DNA of 64,000 bases. Source: the human T2T-CHM13v2.0 reference genome, Homo sapiens. Shown here one piece after another: positions 1-21,525 of the stretch (its first letter is position 1; each line of letters opens with the position of its first letter). The notes below the pieces were generated by a model that searched no databases, was not told the origin of the DNA, and saw only the letters and a list, made by a program, of their open reading frames with translations. The stretch lies in the NCBI RefSeq assembly GCF_009914755.1, contig NC_060934.1; one strand, 5' to 3'. The position numbers were made by a program, and so were the translations under genes.

Positions 1-90
1 CACCATGTTGGCCAGGCTGGTCTCGAACACCTGACCTCATGATCCTCTCACCTCGGCCTCCCAAAGTGCTGCGATTACAGGCATGAGCCA
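1..90 (-). mobile_element. Alu (partial, cut by window edge)
   Basis: CTCCCAAAGTGCTGCGATTACAGGCATGAGCCA. Confidence 0.9.
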
Positions 91-834
91 TTCATCAGAC
101 TTGTTAATACATATATGCCTTTGTTTTTCCCTTATATTTACCATGGGACTGTGGTATTTGCTGCTGTTCCCCTTGCAGACATGTGAAGTATATTAAGCAT
201 GCTCTATTTTAAAATCTGACATACAAAAGCAATGAGATTAGTATTGCATGAGAAAATTTAAAAACTGGATAGTAAGCACACATGTATTATCAGTATCGCT
301 GTTGGGATTGGCTTTGAGAATCTTGGTTGCCTATAATTCCCTGAGCCTCCTCTCATTTCCAAAAACTCCCCCATAATTCTTGGATTGCACAATAGTACTA
401 CCACGAAGGACTAAAATGTTAATAAATCTCCCTAAAAATCAAACTAATAGATGGTAAGTATAGGGAGAAGTTGTTTTTAACTGATATAAGTATTGCATTC
501 CAAAAATGTGGTTTTATTTCTTTTCTACTAGCAAATGGGGCAAAGCATTTTTATTCACTTAATCATATGCAAGATTCAAATGCCATAATTATCCATTCAT
601 TCTGGTGGGTTGAGTCAGAATTAAGAAATGAGATCTCCACAGAAAACCCCTAAAACTGTCTATGGACTTCTTGATGATTCATTAAGGGCACCATATTCTC
701 TGAATCAAAATGGGTCCTGTTGCTGCATCAGAATAGGAAAAAAGTAGACCAAAGAGACAAACATCATGATAACAATGCCAAAGAGATTTGGGGACATCTC
801 CAATGGTAGCACAAAATTACTATGGCATATGAAG

Positions 835-1075
835 TACTACAGCACGGTGAGGTTTAGAGTTCGGGGACTGGAGCCAGAAGTCCTGTGTTCAGGTCTGCCA
901 CTTCTTGGCTAGATAAACTTGAGTAAGCTACTTACCTTCTCTGTGCCTCAGTTTCTTCATATGTCAAACCGGGCTGTCGTGAGGATTAAATAAGTTAACC
1001 CATGGGCAGTACATAATGATTGCTTTCATATGTCATAGGCACTCAATATATGAAAGCAATCATTATGGTTATCAT
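835..1075 (+). mobile_element. MIR SINE (degenerate)
   Basis: core CTCTGTGCCTCAGTTTCTTCAT..GTGAGGATTAAATAAG. Confidence 0.75.
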
Positions 1076-1217
1076 TAGCCTTTCTATCCAGGTCAGACTC
1101 CAGTTTTAGCAATGATATCAAAGTGTGCCTGGTGATGATTGTTTGGGGTTCGCTCAAGGACCTAGTATTGGTCAAGGACTGTGAAAGCTAGCCTAGAGTT
1201 AGCAAAGGAAAAACCCT

Positions 1218-1512
1218 GGCCTGGTGTGGTGGCTCACGCCCGTAATTACAAAACTTTGGGAGGCTGAGGTGGGTGGATCACTGCAGGTTAGGAGTTCGAG
1301 ACCAGCCTGGCCAACATGGTGAAACCTCATCTCTACTAAAAATACAACATTAGCCGGGCGTAGTGGTGGGCACTTGTAATCCCAGCTATTTGGGAGGCTG
1401 AGGCAGGAGAATCGCCTGAACTTGGGAGGCAGAGGTTGGAGCTGAGATAGTGCCACTGCACTCCAGCCTGGGCAACAGAGTGAGACTCTGTCTTAAAAAA
1501 AGAAAAAGAAAA
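1218..1512 (+). mobile_element. AluS
   Basis: Full dimer, A tail, GAAAAACCCT on both sides. Confidence 0.93.
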
Positions 1513-2383
1513 ACCCTGATCAAACACATAAATATCTCTGCAGCGTATTCTATCACACCTGTCTGAAGTTCTAGAGATGCCATTCAAGTAAATTACAATA
1601 TTGTATCGGAAAAACTTCTCATAATTTATGTCTCAAACAACATGTACTTAATCTATATTAAGCTTGAGTACCACAGAATTTTTTTGTCCATATGCCACAT
1701 ATCCATATGAGTCACATTAGAGAACATATTTCTAGTACTTAGCTAATTAGAAATACAAAACCTTATTCAGTGGTTTGGAAATCGTCATGGTAGAATTACA
1801 AAGAGGGCTGCCAAATCCTTTATTCTGCTACAGTTAACTCTGAATGGTCTTTCTTTACTTATATCTCATTGTAATGTTAATGAATTTTCTTATCTTTTCA
1901 TCCTTGCATATTGTCATTATGTCATTTTATATTTCCTTCCATTTGCTACATGGCTTCATTTAGGGTTACTTTGTGTTATTTTTTTTCTAGAATTTGTCTT
2001 TGATTTTCATTTCCAACCTCTGCAAATCACACTGATCTTTGTCACTATACACAAAAACCAAAGCTTGAGAGGTTTATTTTAAACTCTGAGTTTATCAAAC
2101 ATATTCACAATTAAATATAATATTTAATATACTGAAGAAAATCATTTCACTGGCTGAGTGAATGTGATATGCCAGAGTTAAAGTATCTCCCAATTGTCCA
2201 TTTTTGAAAATATCAGTCAATTCATTAATCAGTTTTGAAATACATAAGATGGAGTTCCATTATATTTTGCAGATTTAGAGGAAAGAGATTATGACTATAT
2301 AGATGGTCAATAATCCCCTTCCAATGTCGCAGGTTACCATAAAGGCAAATAAAAATTTACATTATAAATTTATCTGTTCTTTA

Positions 2384-3120
<737 letters not shown>

Positions 3121-3924
3121 AAATTGTGCTATTAAACAAAATTATTATTAGGTCCCTTACCTAAATATCTTGAGAAAAAAAATTCTACCACTGGGGAACT
3201 ACATGACCTCCTCAAAGTAGGCAGAGTAAATTCCCAAGACGCCAATTGCACTTGGCAAATTTTCTAGCTGTGGCATAATCTTTTTCTGTCTACAAAAAAA
3301 AAAAAAAAAAAAAAAAAAAGGAAAAACAACATTATAGGCCACTGGGCAAATACCTGCTAGTTTTCTTATGGTAGTCTAACTCAGCCAGTAACTAAACTGG
3401 GATGATGTCATTCAGGGCTCTTTCAAGTGACATGAGGTTTTTATAACTGGATTGATGGGTTTTTTGTTTGTTTTTGGTTGTTACTGTTTTTTGATCAAGT
3501 GAACTAATACTGAAAATCTGGCTTTAATTCTTTGTCCAACATCAGCTGGAACTTATTTTTGCACTAGATTTCTCCTCCATTTGTTAATTAAACTCTTGTG
3601 TTCCCCCTACATACTTACCACCTTCTCTTTCCTCTGTCATAGACTGTGAATTAGACATTGATGAAGTTAAAAAATCACTTACAGTCTACAGGGAATTGTT
3701 AGCTATGTTTTCCCCCTCAAATGTTCAAAGATACCTCCCAGAAAGTGTCTTTAAGGTTTTTCTTTCCCTTCTGATGTTTTAAACACTGTTTTAGAGAATC
3801 GTGATGTTCATGATTTTATACTAGCTATGGGAACAAGACTAACACACTCAAAGCAGCTAAATGACAATAAAAGACCATCTACTTTATTCCTTTAAGGGAA
3901 GAGATTAGAAGTGCTTAGAAATGC

Positions 3925-4289
3925 TGTAGACCCTGGGCTATGGTCTGATAGTGGTCGGTGGGTATTAGATTCTTGTAGGAGCGTGAACCCCACTGTGAAC
4001 TGTGCATACCAGGGATCCAGGTTGTGCGCTCTTTACGAGAACATAACGCCTGATGATCCGTCATTGTCTCCCATCATCCCCAGATGGGACCATATAGTTG
4101 CAGGAAAACCAGCTCAGGGCTCCCACTGATTTTACATTATGGTGAGTTGTATAATTATTTCATTATATATTACAATGTAATAATAATAGAAATGTTTGAA
4201 TCATCCTGAAACCATCCCCCTGCCTGGTCCATGGAAAAATTGTCTTCCATGGAATCGGTCCCTGGTGCCAAAAAGGCTGGAGACCACTG
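3925..4289. mobile_element. MER1B-like hAT-Charlie DNA transposon
   Basis: GGTATTAGATTCT..GGAGCGTGAACCC..GGTCCCTGGTGCCAAAAAGG. Confidence 0.8.
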
Positions 4290-4392
4290 CTGCATAATGT
4301 AAAACCACACTATCCAATTATAGCTCACCTTCATGAGACTATAATTTATATAGACTAGAGAAGGGAAGATATTTCCAGGTTAAGGGACCTGA

Positions 4393-4773
<381 letters not shown>

Positions 4774-5354
4774 GCATCTATTCTTTTAATTATCCTGTTC
4801 ACAAGGCTCAGAGCCCACTCGATTTTTCTTATCCCCTAGCCCTTAAACATCACAATTCCTTAAATCATCTCCGCGTCAGGCTCCCTTTACCATCCACTTG
4901 ATCTACCTCAAGCAGACCTCAAATCAGCCTCATTCTCCACCCCTAAAATACAGCTACAAGCATGTCTTTCTCCTAGTTGAAATTCACAATGCATTCCCTC
5001 TGCCCACCACATTAATTATCAACTCCTCTTCCTGGCATTTACTCATCCAACGCATGGCCCCAAGTTAACTTTCAGTTCCCTTTCTCCCCTACAAATACTC
5101 CATAATCCAGCAACCCTGGGATTATTCCTGTTCCCTAAATGTCCTCAGCACTCTGCCACCCACCCAGTTTTTGCTTATACTGTTTGGTCAGCACTAGAGC
5201 AACCTTTCTTTGCCATGATAAGCTGTAGAAATTGTACTCATTCTTCAAATACTATCTTTTCTAATGACATTTTCTGTTCTCCCCCAAGTAGATAGGATCA
5301 TTTTTTTTCTCAACAAAATTTAACTTATTTTTAGGTATAGTATTATAGTTTTTT

Positions 5355-5808
5355 TTTTTAATTTAGATTTAGGGGGTACATGTGCAAGTTTGTTACATAG
5401 GTATGTTGTGTGATACTGAGGTTTGGGCTTCTAATGATATCGTTGCCCAAATAGTGACCATAGTACTCGATAGGTGGTCTTTCAATCCTTGCCTCCTCCC
5501 TCCCTTCCCACTTTGGGAATCCCTAGTGTTTACTGTTTCCATCTTTGTGTCTGTGTATACTCAATGTTTAGCTCCCACTTAGAAGTGAGAACATGCAGTA
5601 TTTCGTTTTCTGTTTCTGCATTAATTTGCTTAGGTTTATGGTTTCTACTTGTATCCGTGTTGCTACAAAGGACATGATTTCATTCTTTTTAATGCTTATG
5701 TAATATTCTACAGTGTATATGTACCATGTTTTCTTTATCCAATCCACTGTTAATGGGCACCTGAGTTGATTCCATGTCTTTGTTATTGTGAATAGCGCTG
5801 CAATGATT
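5355..5808 (-). mobile_element. L1 3' end fragment
   Basis: GGGGGTACATGTGCAAGTTTGTTACAT..GTGAATAGCGCTGCAATGA. Confidence 0.88.
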
Positions 5809-6717
5809 ATTTCTCCACCTATGCTCTTTAGCATTTTATCCTATCTGTGCTACAGCACTCACTTACCACATTCTGCTATGTATTCCAACTCTTTACCTGC
5901 TTTCTAATCCTTATACAAAGCTATGAGATCCCTAGAGGCACAAAAAGCACCTTACTTACTGAAATATACTAAGAAACATTGCAGGCAGCGCAAAAAAATA
6001 TGAATACATCTATCTGTTAAATGGAATATGAGGAAAGACCTGAGGGTGGGGGAAATGTACTATATTCATGGAAGAAGAAGGAGCTTAGGGTTCTACTGAA
6101 ATTGCTGCTTGTGGGGAACAGTGGAAAATGAGGATAGATATATATACTTGACATAACTTCCAAAGGCCACTAGTTAACTATGATCCTCAACCTCCTCTGC
6201 AGGAAAATTTCTGTTTCCCTCATAGTCTTTATCACCAGTTGCAATCATTTTGTTTGTTCCTTTACGAGTATTGTCTCTCTGTATCATATACATATACGCA
6301 GACTCAACACTATGTTCCAAGAGGCTTTGGGCCATACCTGCTTTGGTCCCTTCCCCAGTGTCTACCAGACTGCCCGGCACATGGCAAATACTCAATAAGT
6401 ATGTTTGGAGTAAAAGAATAAAAGTTGTGTATCACGATACCTTGTGAAGATTAAATGCAGTCATGTCTAAAGTGACTAGCACAATGCTTAAACATAATAA
6501 GCACCAGTAAATATTAGCCCCACACCTATATTTCTTCCTTCTATGAACTACTCATGTATTAATGTATATATTCGACAGATGTGCCTGGCTTTTCTCTAGC
6601 CACTGGAAATACAATAGTCAACAAAAGAGAGAAAAATTCCTACCTGCCCTTAGGGAGATTACATTCCAGTGAGGAAATGAGCAATTCCTGCCAAGAAGTT
6701 TAAAGAAGGAAGTTTTT

Positions 6718-7410
<693 letters not shown>

Positions 7411-9035
7411 GAAAGCAAGAAAGCATGGAGGAACGGAAGCCAATTGCAGTATTGCAGGAAGGAGGTATGAAATGGCTTGGATCTGAGTGACAGCAACGTA
7501 ACAGAGGAGTGGATCCAGGAAGAGCGGGGCATGATACCCATTGGATCTGAGATGGAAGAGTTAGTTAGGAAGTGGCAATGATGAAAGTTTCCAATCTTGT
7601 TGTTTTGCTGTATTTCCCTGAATAGACAGGGAAGCTGGCAGGGGAAGCGATGGTGGTTCATGGGCTTTAGGGCGTGAGACGAGCTAAACCCAGTCTTGAA
7701 TGTGATTCCTCCTAAGAGGCAAAATGGAATCTAAATGAAAATTTTTAACTCACTAATGAAAGTAATGTTTTAGAATGCAGGTGAAAACAAATCTCCCTTC
7801 TTACATAGTATGATCACTGTTACGTCATTTGATTTTGTTTTTTACATCATTTTACATCGTAAACATGGTGTTATAGCTGTCTGCCAAATTCCTCTAAAAA
7901 TATGCCCCTTCGCAGCAAGATCTGTGTTAATCATCCCATCTCTTCAGTTCCTGGAACACAGTAGGTCCCTAAATGATAAGTCCAGCACTTAATATTTGTG
8001 AATTGAACTGGTTGATAGTAAGCAAAATTTTGTTATCAAGGCAAACAGAAAAGAGAAGTGCATTTAGAGTCAGAAAGGCCTCGATTCAAATTCTTGTCCC
8101 CTTCTTCCCACCCCTGCTAGTCATACAACCACAAGAAAATTGCTAGCCTGCATCTTAGGCTCCTCATTAGTGAAATGGATGATCAAGTCTATCTTGCAGG
8201 AGGGTGTGAGTGCATCAAGTTAAATTAAATATATACACAGTGTCTGTCATTCAGTTGGCATCGACATTACCTATTATACTATTTATTATTATTACCTGTA
8301 TTTCCATGGATTTTAGGTTTTGCTATGGTTTTCATGCTCTCAGTGTACCCTCCTTCTTCTTTCTAACATTCCATCCAAACAGTCCTGCTAGATGCTGTTC
8401 TCTTGGCATGGCTAGCCAGCTTTCCCAAAGCCTCCATAGGCCACTAAGCTTCTGTCCACACGGCTGGCTGGTCCGTCAGTTTAAGTCACCCAATTCAACT
8501 GACATCATGACAGCTTGCAAATTCCAAAATCACTGTTGGTAATTTAGATGTGGTAGTGTTTATGCCTGGCCTATGAATTATACCACCACGTCTTTATTTA
8601 TATGCAACTTGCATCATGCTGTGTTGAAAGCAGCTTCCCAGTCCAGCACTTGAAAATACTTCTCAGATAGGTTTTCATAGCAATTAAAAAATAAACACAA
8701 AACCCGGGAAAGCTATGTCTGTGTACCCAAAAGATACCTAAGAACACAGTAGCATAGAGAGCAGGCTGAGTTGTCTCACTCAAGGATGTGAGTTCAGATT
8801 CATTGATCTCCCTGACTGAAAACTATCACCCATTGATTGAGGCACTGTATATCTTATCTCAGAATGAAATGAATTCTTAAGTCTCATGAATTCTACATGA
8901 ATGAATGAAAGTGTTTCTGCAACTTTCACTTCTCTTGCAGCCCACCAAAAACAATGGCATTTTCTAATAGGAAAAACACATTGAACGCTGTATATGTGCG
9001 TATGTATATGTGTGTGTAGTACATACATATACTTT

Positions 9036-9281
9036 ATTTTGAGACAGGTTCTCACTCTGTTGCACAGGGTGGAGTGCAGTGGTGTGCACAGCCTACTGCA
9101 GCCTCAATTTCCCAGGCTCAAGCAATCCCCCTGCCTTAGTCTCCCAAGTAGCTGGGACCACAGGTGTGCACCATCACGCCTGGCTTTTTTTGGTTTCATA
9201 TATATATGTTGCCTAAGCTGGTCTCAAACTCCTGATCTCAAGCAATCCTCCTGCTTTGGCCTCCCAAAGTGCTGGGACTAC
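9036..9281 (-). mobile_element. AluJ (deleted)
   Basis: GAGACAGGTTCTCACTCTGTTGC..CTCCCAAAGTGCTGGGACTACAG. Confidence 0.85.
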
Positions 9282-10803
9282 AGAACACCTACACTTTTAT
9301 ACATTCTATATGCATCAAACAAACATATGTCTGTGACAAGAGAGCAGCCTATCACAGCCCAGAGACTTCAGAATGGGGACAGGTCGGAAGGAGGAGCTAC
9401 CTATCCCTGAGATGATGAAGAGGACCAGTGCCCATTCCAGGAGACATCACCGCAGCCCTGAGGAATCGGCTATGGGCACCAGCAGGGCACAGTGCCACAC
9501 CTCGCCAATGCCTTGTCCTCCTTTTCCATAGTGAGTCAGTCAGCAAGCGTCGCATTGCCCTGGGATCGGCACTGCACGTAGAAGTGAGTTCCACACTCTC
9601 TTCCTCCCATAGGGAGATCACTTTTCTCATTCTAAGGGTTCCAGGCACACTCACAATGGTGGCATTTGCTGAGCAGTGGCTTGAATAAAGGGCTCTCAGA
9701 AAGCAAGATGTAACTCAGAGCATAGGCTTGTCCTCCAGGGCACCCAGCCCCAGGAATGCTCTTGGGGAATGACCTGCAGCCTCCCAGTGAAAGAGAGAAT
9801 AAAAGAAAGCCCCAGCAGGCGAGCTGGGCAGTAGAGAGTCCTGTAATTCCACCTTGGCAAGCACCATTTGCAAGAACGAACTGGGATAAGGTAAACAAAA
9901 TATTGCCTAAAAGAGGCTTGTCCAAAGAAGTCAGAATACGCTCTTCATTTACCTCTAAATTATGTTTCTTAAATACCAAGTAACCTGCAGTACCCCCTGC
10001 CGCCACCAAAAAAAAAGAGAGAAATACTTTTTTTTCTCCTATCCACTGCAGAATCAATTTTACAGTGGTTCTGCAGTTAATCCTTTCAGTACACCATAAA
10101 TCTAAATACTCAAAAAAACCTGTGCCTTTTCAATTGCTACTAAATCACGAGAAGACTGATTTACATAGTCTCCTTTTATCTCCCTTGGCGGGTAAGTACT
10201 CAGCTCTGCTCGTTACTAATATTGAAACAACAGCCCTTGAATTGAGTGATTTCCCTAGAAAGGTTAAGGTGACCGAATCTGAACACTCCCTCCATGTCTT
10301 GGACACGAAGTTTTTTGCTGCGTAGACAGTTTTATCCCCCTCACCCCAAGGTCAATTGCACGAATTCTTTTGGAAAACAGGACCTATGGCATTTCCCAGA
10401 CAAATCACCGTGAACCCTGTACTGTGCATTGCTGTCCTAAAATTAACACATAAATCTATTGCCGCCAAAGATTCTGTCATTTGTGTTACATAATTGCCTT
10501 TCATTTGAACTCATTAATCAAATTGGGGTTTTTAAGCAACACCTAATTAATTCTTTAACTGGCTCATATTATACCTTTAATGACTTCCACCAGGGTAAAA
10601 ACCACTGATCACTGAGTTCTATTTTGAAACTACGGACGTCGAGTTTCCTCTTTCACCCAGAATTTTCAGATCTTGTTTAAAAAGTTGGGTGTGGTTTCAT
10701 GGGGGGAGGGGGAAGAGCGAGAGGAGACCAGAGGGACGGGGGCGGGGACTCTGCAAGAAAAACCTTCCCGGTGCAATCGTGATCTGGGAGGCCCACGTAT
10801 GGC

Positions 10804-11069
10804 GCCTCTCCAAAGGCTGCAGAAGTTTCTTGCTAACAAAAAGTCCGCACATTCGAGCAAAGACAGGCTTTAGCGAGTTATTAAAAACTTAGGGGCGCTC
10901 TTGTCCCCCACAGGGCCCGACCGCACACAGCAAGGCGATGGCCCAGCTGTAAGTTGGTAGCACTGAGAACTAGCAGCGCGCGCGGAGCCCGCTGAGACTT
11001 GAATCAATCTGGTCTAACGGTTTCCCCTAAACCGCTAGGAGCCCTCAATCGGCGGGACAGCAGGGCGCG
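10804..11069 (+). other. VIM: Upstream non-coding first exon of the long VIM transcript, spliced to the acceptor at 11820/11821
   Basis: Consensus donor GCG|GTGAGT at 11070 and CAG acceptor ending at 11820; matches my recollection of the reference mRNA 5'UTR. The 5' boundary is approximate. Confidence 0.75.
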
Positions 11070-11070
11070 G

Positions 11071-11091
11071 TGAGTCACCGCCGGTGACTAA
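11071..11091 (+). promoter_or_regulatory. Tandem AP-1 sites TGAGTCA / TGACTAA
   Basis: Read directly; known serum/TPA-responsive VIM enhancer. A TT(N5)AA STAT-like site TTCCCCTAA lies at 11022-11030. Confidence 0.85.
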
Positions 11092-11501
11092 GCGACCCCA
11101 CCCCTCTCCCTCGGGCTTTCCTCTGCCACCGCCGTCTCGCAACTCCCGCCGTCCGAAGCTGGACTGAGCCCGTTAGGTCCCTCGACAGAACCTCCCCTCC
11201 CCCCAACATCTCTCCGCCAAGGCAAGTCGATGGACAGAGGCGCGGGCCGGAGCAGCCCCCCTTTCCAAGCGGGCGGCGCGCGAGGCTGCGGCGAGGCCTG
11301 AGCCCTGCGTTCCTGCGCTGTGCGCGCCCCCACCCCGCGTTCCAATCTCAGGCGCTCTTTGTTTCTTTCTCCGCGACTTCAGATCTGAGGGATTCCTTAC
11401 TCTTTCCTCTTCCCGCTCCTTTGCCCGCGGGTCTCCCCGCCTGACCGCAGCCCCGAGACCGCCGCGCACCTCCTCCCACGCCCCTTTGGCGTGGTGCCAC
11501 C

Positions 11502-11540
11502 GGACCCCTCTGGTTCAGTCCCAGGCGGACCCCCCCCTCA
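11502..11540 (+). promoter_or_regulatory. Probable proximal silencer region (GGACCCC repeats, ZBP-89/ZNF148-type)
   Basis: Two GGACCCC motifs about 290-320 bp upstream of the TSS; assignment from recalled promoter literature. Confidence 0.5.
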
Positions 11541-11597
11541 CCGCGCGACCCCGCCTTTTTCAGCACCCCAGGGTGAGCCCAGCTCAGACTATCATCC

Positions 11598-11607
11598 GGA
11601 AAGCCCC
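11598..11607 (-). promoter_or_regulatory. NF-kB site GGGGCTTTCC
   Basis: GGAAAGCCCC on +; known vimentin promoter element. ETS-type CAGGAAG at 11666-11672. Confidence 0.8.
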
Positions 11608-11790
11608 CAAAAGTCCCAGCCCAGCGCTGAAGTAACGGGACCATGCCCAGTCCCAGGCCCCGGAGCAGGAAGGCTCGAGGGCGCCCCCACCCCACCCGCC
11701 CACCCTCCCCGCTTCTCGCTAGGTCCCTATTGGCTGGCGCGCTCCGCGGCTGGGATGGCAGTGGGAGGGGACCCTCTTTCCTAACGGGGT

Positions 11791-11797
11791 TATAAAA
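11791..11797 (+). promoter_or_regulatory. TATA box TATAAAA (major TSS about 11821)
   Basis: Canonical motif about 175 nt upstream of the ATG; inverted CCAAT (ATTGG) at 11729-11733. Confidence 0.9.
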
Positions 11798-11967
11798 ACA
11801 GCGCCCTCGGCGGGGTCCAGTCCTCTGCCACTCTCGCTCCGAGGTCCCCGCGCCAGAGACGCAGCCGCGCTCCCACCACCCACACCCACCGCGCCCTCGT
11901 TCGCCTCTTCTCCGGGAGCCAGTCCGCGCCACCGCCGCCGCCCAGGCCATCGCCACCCTCCGCAGCC

Positions 11968-19815
<7,848 letters not shown>

Positions 19816-20140
19816 AAATTGCACACACTCAGTGCAGCAATATATTACCAGCAAGAATAAAAAAGAAATCCATATCTTAAAGAAACAGCTTTCAAGTGCC
19901 TTTCTGCAGTTTTTCAGGAGCGCAAGATAGATTTGGAATAGGAATAAGCTCTAGTTCTTAACAACCGACACTCCTACAAGATTTAGAAAAAAGTTTACAA
20001 CATAATCTAGTTTACAGAAAAATCTTGTGCTAGAATACTTTTTAAAAGGTATTTTGAATACCATTAAAACTGCTTTTTTTTTTCCAGCAAGTATCCAACC
20101 AACTTGGTTCTGCTTCAATAAATCTTTGGAAAAACTCTTT
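19816..20140 (+). other. VIM: VIM 3'UTR with miR-124/506 seed match GTGCCTT (19896-19902) and two miR-30 seed matches GTTTACA (19993-19999, 20010-20016)
   Basis: Lies between the stop codon and AATAAA 20117; motifs read directly; 3' end approximate. Confidence 0.85.
20117..20122 (+). terminator. VIM: Main polyadenylation signal AATAAA of VIM
   Basis: Followed about 20 nt later by a GU/U-rich element (TTTTGTTGTGTTATTT). Confidence 0.85.
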
Positions 20141-20574
20141 TGTTGTGTTATTTATTGGATAATATCTAAACAATTCTCTACTTGGTCCTATTAGTTAATT
20201 TGTCATTACAATCATGTAAGTTGATAAATTCAGGTTATTTATGCTTGAGATGTAGTTCTTAATTTTGTCATTTTTGATAGACCTCACTTCTTTTTATTAT
20301 TACTTAAAAACATTTACAAATAGGTGGTGTCGAATAAAATAACTTGTACCAAAATGAAGATAGGTCTCTCTAAAATGAGCTCAGGTCTGTGATTTTAATC
20401 ATAACAAACAGACTTCCTAAAATTAAAAAATAAAAACTTTTTTTAGTACATATAGCATATGAGTAACACAAATTCCACTTTGGGAGTTAAAGCATAGGAA
20501 GTTGCCAAGATATAGGGGCTTATCTTCCGCTAGCAAGATGCAGAGAAATGGAAAAAGTTCACCAAGTTTTTCTT

Positions 20575-20912
20575 TTATTTAAGACAGGATCTCACTTTGT
20601 CACTCAAGCTGGAGTAAAGTGACTCAATCATAGTTCACTGCAGCCAACAACTCCTAGGCTCAGGCAATCCTCCCACCTCAGCCTCCTCAGTAGCTAGGAG
20701 TACTCAAAACAAATAAACGAATGTCTAACTTTAGCCTAAAATGTGAGTTGTCTTCCCAAAACTAGCCACACACCTGGCTAATTTTTTTAATTTTTTGTAG
20801 AGATGGGGTCTGGAAGTGTTGTCCAGCCTAGTCTGGAACTCTTGTGCTCAAGTGATCCTCCCTCGGCCTCCTAAAAAGCTGGGATTACAGGCATGAGCCA
20901 CCACACTCAGCC
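20575..20912 (-). mobile_element. AluJ carrying a non-Alu insert at about 20703-20767
   Basis: TSD AGTTCACCAAG; Alu consensus interrupted after AGCTAGGAGTAC. Confidence 0.88.
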
Positions 20913-21525
20913 TAGTTCACCAAGATTTAATATATGAAACCGTTCTGCTTTATTGTGTGTGTGTGTGATAGCTATATCTATATCCATCTATCTATAGATA
21001 CAGATATTTGTAAAGACCTTTGTGTTTGGAGAATGGCATTAGGCACAAAATAAAACCTCCTACCTTTTCTTCCAGGGAGATGAGATTATTACATGTGAAT
21101 CGCATGGTGCTAACTGTAGGTGTAATAAGGTTTCAAAGTCTGGAGCAATAAAAATGAAGTGGGGCAGTCATGGAAAGCTCCCTAGAAAGCACTCAGTGTG
21201 AGCATAGAACTTACATAAATAGACGAGAGAAGGTATTGCCAAGAGGCAATAGTGTAGTAATGGTCAATAATGTGTGTTCTGGAGTGAAAACTTCGAGTAC
21301 ATTCTCGGACATCTCTAAGTTTCAAATTATGGAAATATTATTATCTTCTCTCCTCCGAGAATGATGTGGTAGACATTGTCATAATTTTTCTGTGTTTGCA
21401 TCTGCCTCTCTCTGGAGTTAACTAGTGAGATGGTTCTCACAAAGCCCTGCCCATTTGCAGGAATGTTCACTGTGATTTTCATCATTTTGGTTACCGTGGG
21501 TACTGCATGAATAAAGAAAGGATTG

